Source of the DNA: an uncultured Thermotogae bacterium
GTDB taxonomy: Bacteria; Bipolaricaulota; Bipolaricaulia; UBA7950; UBA9294
Length of the DNA stretch: 53,081 bases
Direction: 5' to 3'
Assembly: GCA_964635895.1 (NCBI GenBank)
Contig: CAZWQN010000001.1
Span: forward strand, 1-53,081
Shown here: piece after piece, positions 39,991 through 47,528 of the stretch
How positions within the stretch are numbered: position 1 is the first letter of the stretch
Layout of the letters: every line of letters begins with the position of its first letter
Notes under the pieces: model-generated
What the model saw: only the letters and a program-made list of their open reading frames with translations
Database searches by the model: none
Told to the model about the DNA's origin: nothing
Position numbers and translations under genes: made by a program

Positions 39991-40647
39991 ATGCCGCGCA
40001 TTGGGCGGATCGTCATCCCGGGCCTCGCGCACCATGTCACCCAACGCGGCGTGCGCCGGATGAGCGTCTTCTTCACTGACGCAGATCGTCTCATGTACCT
40101 TCACCTCCTCCGCGAGCAGGCAGATCGGGCAAACCTCCACTTCGTTGCCTGGTGTCTGATGCCCAACCACGTGCATCTCATCGCGGTCCCCGAACGTGAG
40201 ACGAGCCTCGCGAGGGGCATCGGCGAGGGCCACCGTCGCTACACGTGTGCCCTCAACCAGCGCGAGGGTTGGCGGGGCTACCTCTTCCAGGGGCGGTTCT
40301 ACTCCTGCCCGCTGGAGGGAGCGCATGTCGTTGCCGCTGTGCGATACGTTCTGCGAAACCCAGTTCGCGCAGGAATGGTCGCCCAACCTTGGGAGTACGA
40401 GTGGTCGAGTGCCCGATGGACCGTCGGATATACGTCAGCAGATCCCTTGGCGGAGCGCACGCCTCTCACGGACGAAGTCGGCGACTGGAAGAGCCTTCTT
40501 CGCGAGGAGCCGTCCGAGGGCGACGTTCTTCGCCGCCATACGCGGACAGGAAGGCCTCTTGGCAGTCCCGCGTTTGTCAGGCAGCTGGAGGACCTCACCG
40601 GCCGAGTCCTTGAGCTACGCTCACCGGGGCGCCCGCCGCGGCATTAG
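39991..40647 (+). CDS. REP-associated tyrosine transposase (RAYT, Y1/IS200-like HUH transposase)
   Basis: HUH motif LMPNHVHLI and Tyr motif RYVLRNPVRAGMV. 218 aa, single gene with no tnpB. Flanked by REPs. Confidence 0.88.
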   Translation: MPRIGRIVIPGLAHHVTQRGVRRMSVFFTDADRLMYLHLLREQADRANLHFVAWCLMPNHVHLIAVPERETSLARGIGEGHRRYTCALNQREGWRGYLFQGRFYSCPLEGAHVVAAVRYVLRNPVRAGMVAQPWEYEWSSARWTVGYTSADPLAERTPLTDEVGDWKSLLREEPSEGDVLRRHTRTGRPLGSPAFVRQLEDLTGRVLELRSPGRPPRH

Positions 40648-41595
40648 GGTTTGTGTCCCGGATTCCTCGACGAGCCTGCCGACGTCGAGCGGCTCGGGCT
40701 TCGACGGGTCACGGACGAGAGACAGCGCGCCCTTCGGGCACTTCGAGACGCACACGCCGCACCCCATGCAGCGGGCCTCGTCGACGCGGACCGCCGTCTC
40801 TCCCATCTCGAGCGCCCCGAACGGGCACGCCTCGACACACGCGCCGCAGCGGACACACGACGTCTCGACAACGCGGCTCACGTAGCCGGACGACGCAAGC
40901 ATCGGTGTCCCGTGTAGGAAGGACTGCATCGCGCCGCAGCAGCACGAGCAGCAGTTGCAGATCGCGTAGAACCGACCGAGCATCGCGTCCTTGAGGAAGG
41001 CGTGGTGCACGTGGCCACGCTCGTGTTCGGCGCGCAGGATCTCGGTCGCCTCGGTCTGGGTGACCCAACGCGACGTCTCCGGCTGGTGCTCGGCGATGAA
41101 GCTCGCGAACGGCTCCCCCACGATCAGGCACACGTCGAGCGGCAGGCACGGTTTCTCTCTTGCCGAGCGACACGGACACTCCAGCGCGACGATGTGGTCG
41201 GGATGCTTGAGCACGATGTCGCGTGCGGCGGGGTATGGGATCACCTGCTCGAGACCGCGCAGCTCGACGTCCACATCGAGAGTGACGAGCCGCTCCGCCG
41301 CGTCAAGCGGCATCACTTTCCCGTGGTAGTGGTCGGCGAACGCGTTGTGCCCTGCTTGCGTCCCGCCCTTCCTCCGAGACGCCATCCACAGCCCGAAGTA
41401 GGCGATCGGCCGCATCCAGAATCGAGTTGACTTCGGCCGGATCGCCGTGCCGATGTACTCGTACGGCCACCGCCCGTAGATGTAGGCGTGCACGAAGTCG
41501 AGCAGCGAGTAGCCCTCGAGCTTCCGCCCTTCGCGGTAGAACGCACGCGTCGATGTTCGGACGAGTCGCCACCTGCCTCGCGCTTGCATCATCAC
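40621..41595 (-). CDS. 4Fe-4S dicluster domain-containing protein with an additional Cys-rich motif
   Basis: Two ferredoxin motifs (CVRCGACVEACP, CMGCGVCVSKCP) plus CNCCSCCCG and CPC. The C-terminal 9 codons overlap the RAYT 3' end and the REP. Confidence 0.8.
   Translation of the reverse strand: MMMQARGRWRLVRTSTRAFYREGRKLEGYSLLDFVHAYIYGRWPYEYIGTAIRPKSTRFWMRPIAYFGLWMASRRKGGTQAGHNAFADHYHGKVMPLDAAERLVTLDVDVELRGLEQVIPYPAARDIVLKHPDHIVALECPCRSAREKPCLPLDVCLIVGEPFASFIAEHQPETSRWVTQTEATEILRAEHERGHVHHAFLKDAMLGRFYAICNCCSCCCGAMQSFLHGTPMLASSGYVSRVVETSCVRCGACVEACPFGALEMGETAVRVDEARCMGCGVCVSKCPKGALSLVRDPSKPEPLDVGRLVEESGTQTLMPRRAPR
40645..40665 (-). repeat. REP copy, inverted orientation (TAGGGTTTGTGTCCCGGATTC)
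   Basis: Reverse complement of the core CCGGGACACAAACCCTA. It starts at the RAYT stop codon. Confidence 0.85.
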
Positions 41596-41661
41596 CTCCC
41601 ACTGGATCGAGCCATCACAGAGCGCTCCCCATCCTGCCCAGCCTGTTCGGCGTCACATCCA

Positions 41662-42411
41662 TCATCCGTGCCCCTCTTGCCGCCCTGATCGTCGCCACGA
41701 GAGAGACAGCACATGCCTGGGGCAGACGTCGACGCAGCGTGCACAGAGAACGCACTCGGAGTTCGACATGCGGTCTTGTTGCACCATTCCCTGAACGTCG
41801 AGGCCCATTGGGCAAGCACGGCTGCACGCGTCGCAGGCAACGCATGCCAGAGATCTCGCACGAAGGCGCGGCCCAGGCAGCCGCAGGCGATCGCGAAGCG
41901 CGCGCCCCAAGATCATGAACGGCGCCATCCAGCAGAGCGTGTGGCAGAATCCGCGTCGCCCGGCCCAGAGCGTCAGCCCGACAACGAGAGCCAGCACCCC
42001 GGCGAGCACCACCAGGCTGTAGACGCCCGAGACTGAGATCCCATGCCACGTCTGGTAACCGAGCTCGACGCGCCGCAGGCCTCCGGCCTTGACGGACAAG
42101 AACACGATGACGCCGAGCCACGGAAGCCACACGACGTACTTCACGCCGTCGAGGAGGCGCCAACGGAATGGCCGGTCACGAAGTCTGCTCGTTCCCTCCG
42201 CAATCGCGCCCGCAGGGCAGACCCATCCGCAGAACGCCCGGCCGAAGCCAAGGGCGAAGAGCAGCTGCGCGCCGAAGAGAACGAGGCTCCCGCTGGCAAT
42301 CCCCTCGCTTGCGGCCTGCAGCACAAGGTACGGCGACAGATAGTAGAACGTCACTGGAATGAGAAGGCCTGACACGGCCAAGACCATCGATCGAACGCGC
42401 TGACGAGACAT
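41662..42411 (-). CDS. Membrane-bound 4Fe-4S binding protein (NapH/MauN-like polyferredoxin)
   Basis: TM helices with the FCGWVCP motif. C-terminal CVACDACSRACP and CVLCARCVDVCP. Confidence 0.8.
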   Translation of the reverse strand: MSRQRVRSMVLAVSGLLIPVTFYYLSPYLVLQAASEGIASGSLVLFGAQLLFALGFGRAFCGWVCPAGAIAEGTSRLRDRPFRWRLLDGVKYVVWLPWLGVIVFLSVKAGGLRRVELGYQTWHGISVSGVYSLVVLAGVLALVVGLTLWAGRRGFCHTLCWMAPFMILGRALRDRLRLPGPRLRARSLACVACDACSRACPMGLDVQGMVQQDRMSNSECVLCARCVDVCPRHVLSLSWRRSGRQEGHG

Positions 42412-42464
42412 CCCTACATCACCTCACGGCCGACTGCTCGAACCGTATACCGCGCGCAGCGCCG

Positions 42465-42881
42465 TCATCGCTTGGCCGGCGGGACGAACGCGGAGTCGTC
42501 CACCGGCGCGCCGAATTCCTCCCGGGCGATCTTGAGCAGGAGCTTCCTGTGGCAGGGCTTGTCGTTTCCCTCGTAGCAGATGAGGAAGATGTCGCGCGTC
42601 TTCGCCCGCTCCGCGAGATCCTTGAGCCGGGCCACCGCCGCAGGGTCGTTCTTGACCTGCTCGCGGAACCGGGCTTCGTAGTTCGACTTCGCCCACGCGT
42701 AGTGAAAAGCCGTGGGGTATCCCTCGCCAGGCTTGAACTTCGCCTTCCACTCGTTGAAGTCGTCGAGCAGCTCCTTCGACGGCGCGATCTCATCGTTCCC
42801 CCGCCCGTGCATGACGAGCACGTACTCGGCGTTCTTCGGAAGCCGATCCTTCATGCTCAGATACGTTTGTCGCAGCGCCAT
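42465..42881 (-). CDS. DUF488 family protein
   Basis: ~138 aa with LAPS.EL, the F...Y..E motif and the CYE....CHR cysteine-histidine signature. Confidence 0.75.
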   Translation of the reverse strand: MALRQTYLSMKDRLPKNAEYVLVMHGRGNDEIAPSKELLDDFNEWKAKFKPGEGYPTAFHYAWAKSNYEARFREQVKNDPAAVARLKDLAERAKTRDIFLICYEGNDKPCHRKLLLKIAREEFGAPVDDSAFVPPAKR

Positions 42882-42963
42882 GCTTGACCCTTTCTGGGGC
42901 CGCGCCGCTGGACGAGGAGCGTCCCGTCCCCGCGGCGGCTCAGCCTCCCCTTCACGTCTTCAG

Positions 42964-44310
42964 CTACTCGCCGGAGTCCTCCACCACCTGCGGCGCTTCG
43001 ATCGTCACGGGACCATTCACGTCGGAGAGCTCCATCGTCCAGAGCGCCGAGCCCTCGTTTCCTTCCTCATCGATGGCCTTCGCCGTGAAGCGATAGCGAA
43101 CCGGATACCCTGCCTCGGCCATCCAGACATCTCCGGAGGCCTCCGCGACGTTGACGTCCTCGCTCTGCATCCAATCGCTGTACGTCGATGTATAGTGCCG
43201 TGCGGGAACCCCGTTCACTATCTCCGTTCCAACATACGTGGACGTCGTCCCGACGCCCTCCGCCAGCTCCGGCCAACTCGTCGACGGCGCGAACACGACA
43301 ACGGCCTGGGACACGAGCTCAGCGACCATCGTTGGGACGGGCGTCCACGTCTCACCCTCCCGCATCCAGGCCTCATTGCCGATGCGGATGATGCCGAACT
43401 CCTCGTCCGACTCCAGGTCTTTCCAGCTCACCATCTGGCGGTCGGGCCCCGCGACAGCGCCGCGCATCTCGATCGATCCCGATTCCGGCTCCCCCTCGAC
43501 TTTGCCGGTGAACGAGAACACGGTGACGTAGCGGTAGCTCTGCAGCCCCGCCAAGGCATCCACCGACTGCGCGAAGGCGACATCCGAAGCCGCGACGGCC
43601 TGATCGCCCTGCGCCTTCGCCGCGTCCACCGCGGGCGCAACCGGAGGCGCGGGAGAAGGCGCCGCCGCAGCCGCTGTCGCCACGATGGGCGCCGTTTGGA
43701 CAGCAGTCCCTGCGGCAAGCGCCGGAACAACGGTCCTCGCCGCGGGAGATTCCGCCGCAGGGGCTGTCGCCGTGGCAGCAGGCGCCGCGGCTTCCGCCGC
43801 AGGTTGACCCGCGGGACCTGGAACCTCCGGAGACTCGGGAGGCGGCACCACGGCCGCTGGCGTCACGGCAGGCCCCGTCTGGACTGCGGCCGCTGCGACG
43901 AACTCCGACACACTCGCAGAAGCCGTCGCCGGCGCCGCTGCCGCAGGAGGCGATGGTAGCGGTAGCGGCGCTGGCGGCGGAGTCTCTGCCGGCGCGGCCG
44001 CAGGAGGTGTCGTGACCGCAGTGGCTGTCACTTCTGGAGTCGGCGCTCCCGGAGCTGGTCCAGCAGGCGACGGCGCGGCAGACACTGGAGCCGCCGCCGT
44101 GGAGGCTCCGGCCACCGGGGTGGTCGTGGCCGCCGCAGGCGGCGTCGGCGCGACAGCCGCAGGAGCCTTGGTCGTGGTCGAAGTTGCTGTCTTCGGCGCC
44201 GGCGAGCTCGCAGGCTTCCGGCTCGACGTGCAGGCCACTACGGTGAGAAGCAGCGCCAACGCGAGGATCGCGAGCCCCGCGCACGTGACGATCACGGTTC
44301 TTCGTCTCAT
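42964..44310 (-). CDS. Lipoprotein with a ~220-aa Ala/Pro/Thr-rich linker and a C-terminal globular domain (hypothetical)
   Basis: RBS GAGAGGGGG. Lipobox TVVAC. Low-complexity stretch (roughly 43560-44230). C-terminal ~200 aa of mixed composition with no domain recognised. Confidence 0.72.
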   Translation of the reverse strand: MRRRTVIVTCAGLAILALALLLTVVACTSSRKPASSPAPKTATSTTTKAPAAVAPTPPAAATTTPVAGASTAAAPVSAAPSPAGPAPGAPTPEVTATAVTTPPAAAPAETPPPAPLPLPSPPAAAAPATASASVSEFVAAAAVQTGPAVTPAAVVPPPESPEVPGPAGQPAAEAAAPAATATAPAAESPAARTVVPALAAGTAVQTAPIVATAAAAAPSPAPPVAPAVDAAKAQGDQAVAASDVAFAQSVDALAGLQSYRYVTVFSFTGKVEGEPESGSIEMRGAVAGPDRQMVSWKDLESDEEFGIIRIGNEAWMREGETWTPVPTMVAELVSQAVVVFAPSTSWPELAEGVGTTSTYVGTEIVNGVPARHYTSTYSDWMQSEDVNVAEASGDVWMAEAGYPVRYRFTAKAIDEEGNEGSALWTMELSDVNGPVTIEAPQVVEDSGE

Positions 44311-44466
44311 CCTAACCCCCTCTCTTCCCGAGGTCGAAGAGCAGACCCCCGCTCTCCTCGTCCATGCCAGAGGGCGGGCCCGCTCTCCTCGCTTGGTCCG
44401 AGAGCGGACGTCCCACTCTAGCCACCGGCCACGGTGCTAGACAAAGCGCACTCGCACCGGCCGGTT

Positions 44467-44521
44467 GGGGACACAACCCAATTCGCAACGGAGACGATCG
44501 GCGAATCGGGATTGCGTCCCC
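44467..44521. repeat. REPIN-like doublet (two inverted REPs)
   Basis: GGGGACACAACCCAATTCGC (44467-44486) and the inverted GCGAATCGGGATTGCGTCCCC (44501-44521), separated by 14 nt. Confidence 0.8.
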
Positions 44522-44550
44522 GTGCGGTCGACCCGCAACGGAGACGATCA

Positions 44551-44569
44551 GCGAATCGGGATTGTGTCC
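44551..44569 (-). repeat. REP copy (GCGAATCGGGATTGTGTCC)
   Basis: Part of a 35-nt unit GCAACGGAGACGATC[G/A]GCGAATCGGGATTG[C/T]GTCC duplicated with a 50-bp period (44485-44519 and 44535-44569). Confidence 0.8.
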
Positions 44570-44601
44570 TTCGCACAGGCGGTCCGTAGCGCAGACAGCC
44601 C

Positions 44602-44620
44602 GCGAATCAGGTTGTGTCCC
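44602..44620 (-). repeat. REP copy (GCGAATCAGGTTGTGTCCC)
   Basis: Read directly. Same family core GGGACACAACC in inverted orientation. Confidence 0.75.
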
Positions 44621-44662
44621 GCAACCGTTGACGGCGGCCACATCGTCCTCTACTCTGCGCAC

Positions 44663-45358
44663 ATGCCAAAGCGCGTCCTGGTCATCGACAACTCGACCCA
44701 TCCCGCCACCTATCGCCCAGTCGACGAGTGGTCGCGGAACTTCAGTCGGGTGCCGTTCGATGTGGTCCACGTCCCGTCCCGCGAGCCCGTCCCGCCCCTC
44801 GATCGATACAGCCATCTCCTCATAACCGGGTCCGAAGCGTCGGTGTGTGATCCCCAGAATTGGTTCGACGTGGAGGCCGAAGCCATCCGTACTGCCGTGG
44901 AGCGAGGTCTCGCCGTGCTCGGCAGCTGTTTCGGCCATCAGATGCTCGCGTGGGCCCTCTCCGGCCGCGGGTACGTGCGCCGCGCGCCGACCCCCGAGCT
45001 TGGCTGGGTGACGATCGATATCCTCGCGCCCGATCCCCTGCTCGCGGATCTGCCGACGCCGTGGCACACGTTCGCCGCGCACCTCGACGAGGTTGTCGAG
45101 CCCCCTGCGCCGTGGCGTGTTCTTGCCGCCAGCCGAGCCTGCGCCGTGCAGGCCATGCGCTACGGAGACCGCCCGATCTGGGGAATCCAGCCTCACCCGG
45201 AAACCTCGCCCGACGAAGCCAGGACCCAGATGCGGGCGGGGATCAGCCAGCACCCCGAGTACGAGCGCGAGATCCGCGCCGCCATCGCGTCGCCCGTCCG
45301 CGACGACCGCACCGCCCCGAAGCTCGCCGCCGCGTTCCTCGCCTGCCGCGCAAACTGA
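44663..45358 (+). CDS. Class I glutamine amidotransferase-like protein
   Basis: Nucleophile elbow GSCFGHQ and IWGIQPHPE (His/Glu of the triad). Start at ATG 44663. Confidence 0.85.
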   Translation: MPKRVLVIDNSTHPATYRPVDEWSRNFSRVPFDVVHVPSREPVPPLDRYSHLLITGSEASVCDPQNWFDVEAEAIRTAVERGLAVLGSCFGHQMLAWALSGRGYVRRAPTPELGWVTIDILAPDPLLADLPTPWHTFAAHLDEVVEPPAPWRVLAASRACAVQAMRYGDRPIWGIQPHPETSPDEARTQMRAGISQHPEYEREIRAAIASPVRDDRTAPKLAAAFLACRAN

Positions 45359-45393
45359 GGCGCGAAGACAAGGTACGTGTCCCCCTCGTCGTA

Positions 45394-45446
45394 GGGACAT
45401 GACCCGATTCGCATCCGCGTCTCGCGCAAATCGGGATCGTGCCCCC
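45394..45446. repeat. REPIN-like doublet
   Basis: GGGACATGACCCGATTCGC (45394-45412) and the inverted GCGCAAATCGGGATCGTGCCCCC (45424-45446). Collinear with the doublet at 44467-44521. Confidence 0.75.
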
Positions 45447-45472
45447 AGTGTTCCTGCAACGCAGGTCAGAAT

Positions 45473-45488
45473 GCGATTTGTGTCCCGG
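45473..45488 (-). repeat. REP copy (GCGATTTGTGTCCCGG)
   Basis: Read directly. Followed by the partial TTTGTGTCC (45489-45497). Confidence 0.7.
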
Positions 45489-45508
45489 TTTGTGTCCATC
45501 GCGCTCGA

Positions 45509-45532
45509 GATAGGGTTTATGTCCCGGGTTTC
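45509..45532 (-). repeat. REP copy nearly identical to the RAYT-flanking REP (GATAGGGTTTATGTCCCGGGTTTC)
   Basis: Compared with the reverse complement of 39837-39861 (GAAATAGGGTTTGTGTCCCGGTTTC), a few differences. Confidence 0.8.
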
Positions 45533-45548
45533 TGCGGCAGACACAGCC

Positions 45549-46229
45549 TCACGCGAGACGCCGGATGCGAACCTCGATTTCGGGATGGTCGCGCAGGAGC
45601 GCGACGATGCGCGATGTGTCGGTGTCTCCGAAGTGGTACGGGTAGAGGAGCTTCGGCCGGATCGCGACCGCGGCGTCGGCGACCATCTCCGGCGTCATCG
45701 TGTACGGCAGATTCATCGGCAGGAAGGCGACGTCGATGTCGCGCAGCGCCTTAAGCTCGAGCGTGTTCTCCGTGTCGCCGGCGACGAGCACCCGCAAGTC
45801 GCCGAATGTGAGGATGTAGCCGTTGCCCTCGCCGCAAGGGTGGAAGGGATCTCCGCTCTCGCGTTTGTGGAGCAGGTTGTACGCCGGGACCGCCTCGACG
45901 CCGAGGCCCTGCACGACGGCCGTGTCGCCGTTTCGCATCGTCGTGCCGCCCTGGATCGCCCCCTCGCACAGCGCCGTGTGGACTACGCTCGTCGTCTTCG
46001 TACGGATGTGGGCCAGCGCGCCGGGGTCAAGGTGGTCGCGGTGCTCGTGTGTAATGAGGATCACATCCGCCTTCGGGAGCGTCGAGTAGTCGGCCACGCG
46101 GCTGAACGGATCGACATACACGTTCTTTCCCTCGTAGCGGAAGAGGAGCGACCCGTGCCCGAGGAACGTGATCTTCAAGTCCCCCTGCGACGTCTTGATC
46201 GTGTCTGTCTCAAACCCTTGCACCTGCAT
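45549..46229 (-). CDS. MBL-fold metallo-hydrolase
   Basis: THEHRDH metal motif. ATG 46229 with GGGAGGTG RBS. Confidence 0.85.
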   Translation of the reverse strand: MQVQGFETDTIKTSQGDLKITFLGHGSLLFRYEGKNVYVDPFSRVADYSTLPKADVILITHEHRDHLDPGALAHIRTKTTSVVHTALCEGAIQGGTTMRNGDTAVVQGLGVEAVPAYNLLHKRESGDPFHPCGEGNGYILTFGDLRVLVAGDTENTLELKALRDIDVAFLPMNLPYTMTPEMVADAAVAIRPKLLYPYHFGDTDTSRIVALLRDHPEIEVRIRRLA

Positions 46230-46373
46230 CCGCCCACCTCCCAAGTCGGCTCGCCCTCATCGTCTCCGACCAGTCTATCCGGGTCGCGCCGCCGAGTGGA
46301 GATGCGACGCGTGCCCCCCGATCCTCCACAGACGCTTCACAGCGTGCCCGCACGCGCGGAGTATGGTGCCGTC

Positions 46374-47321
46374 ATGGTCAAGAGACGCATCGCTCGCCGA
46401 TGGAGGGTCGCCCTGTGGATCGTGGGAGCGCCGGCTCTCGCCGTCGGCGGCCTCGCCCTCGCGCTCGTCTTGTCGACACCCTCGCCGCCCGCCGACTTCG
46501 TGCCAACCGTCGCGCGAAAAGAGATCCCCGCCGGCTGGGTCTCCGCCGACGTGCCCGTCGCCAGCTCTCCTGTGGCACGCACAGACGAGCCGGCCGCCGG
46601 CTTGGCCATGCCGTATGTCACCACGGGGAAGCTCGCGCTCTTCGCGAACGGGAAGCCGTTCGGAGAGGAAACGTACGAGCTGCGCATCGCGGAAGAAGGC
46701 ACGACGCTCACTTCGCGTGGGCGCTTCTGGTTTAAGGTCGTCCTCGCCACCGTCCAGGTTTCCTTCGAGCAGACGCTTGAGGCGGACTCCGACCTCCGGC
46801 CCATCCTCTACGTCGCGGAGTTCCACGCCCCCTTAGGCATGGATCGGAGCATTCGCGCGGCCGTCGCTAGCGACCGGCTCCTCGTCGAGCGGTCGGGAAG
46901 AGAGGAGGAGATCCAGATCGATCGAGATCGGACGTTCACGCTCGGCACGTTCAGCACGTACGCCCTCCTGCCCCAGCTGTTCGCGTTGCGCCGGAACGCA
47001 GACTCGGCGTCGCTCCAGGCCATCGTGCTCGGCGGCCCTCCGAGCCAAGAGGCGGACGCCGCAGGCACCCTTCCCCTCATCACCGTGCAATACGCCGGGA
47101 CAGCGCGGCTTCGTGCTGGACATTCCGTCTCCGCCGGGGACTTCGTCCTCGACGTCGACCACTGTCGTATCTCCAGCGCCGAGGGAGAGAGTGACCTGTA
47201 CGCCCGCGGCGCCGAGTTCCTCGCGTTTCGCGCCGGTGACGAAGACAACGTGCTGTGGGTCTACCGAGCCGACTTCTTCCCCAACGGCGTCGAGATTGTC
47301 GAGCAAGCGCCGTCGCCGTAG
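46374..47321 (+). CDS. Membrane-anchored hypothetical protein
   Basis: N-terminal TM helix (WRVALWIVGAPALAVGGLALALVL). This is the only plausible part of the 742-aa ORF 45093-47321. No domain recognised. Confidence 0.6.
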   Translation: MVKRRIARRWRVALWIVGAPALAVGGLALALVLSTPSPPADFVPTVARKEIPAGWVSADVPVASSPVARTDEPAAGLAMPYVTTGKLALFANGKPFGEETYELRIAEEGTTLTSRGRFWFKVVLATVQVSFEQTLEADSDLRPILYVAEFHAPLGMDRSIRAAVASDRLLVERSGREEEIQIDRDRTFTLGTFSTYALLPQLFALRRNADSASLQAIVLGGPPSQEADAAGTLPLITVQYAGTARLRAGHSVSAGDFVLDVDHCRISSAEGESDLYARGAEFLAFRAGDEDNVLWVYRADFFPNGVEIVEQAPSP

Positions 47322-47431
47322 CCCCCATCCTGCGGGGCGACCCGCTCCAGCACCGCGCCAGGGACCCACAGGGCAAGCGGCGATGCCGCGTACCTAGACT
47401 CCCCATTCTTACGGGTGTACAGAGCTGAGGT

Positions 47432-47526
47432 GCGTGTCCCCAGATCGCTGCGCAAGAGCCATTGGCAACCCCGGCCGCCGCGTTACATTGCTCAAGACCG
47501 CGTGCGCGTGTGTGTCCCCCGATCTC
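47432..47526. repeat. Two direct copies of a GTGTCCCC[A/C]GATC-containing motif
   Basis: GCGTGTCCCCAGATCGC (47432-47448) and GTGTGTGTCCCCCGATCTC (47508-47526) in a convergent intergenic region. Confidence 0.6.
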
Positions 47527-47528
47527 CG

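Larger units (their letters stand above)
39837..40665 (+). mobile_element. REPtron: RAYT gene plus flanking inverted REP copies
   Basis: Two direct REPs lie upstream and one inverted REP lies at the stop codon of a Y1-transposase gene. No other IS gene is present. Confidence 0.75.

Noticed and set aside
44467-45532. Possible CRISPR array, given the repeated ~20-nt units
   Set aside because: The repeats occur in both orientations with irregular spacing (11-50 nt), are degenerate, flank a gene, and no cas genes are present. This is consistent with REP/REPIN elements instead.
45093-46373. N-terminal 427 aa of the 742-aa ORF 45093-47321
   Set aside because: It overlaps the amidotransferase gene, the REP array and the antisense strand of the MBL hydrolase. 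A plausible start with a TM helix exists at 46374.
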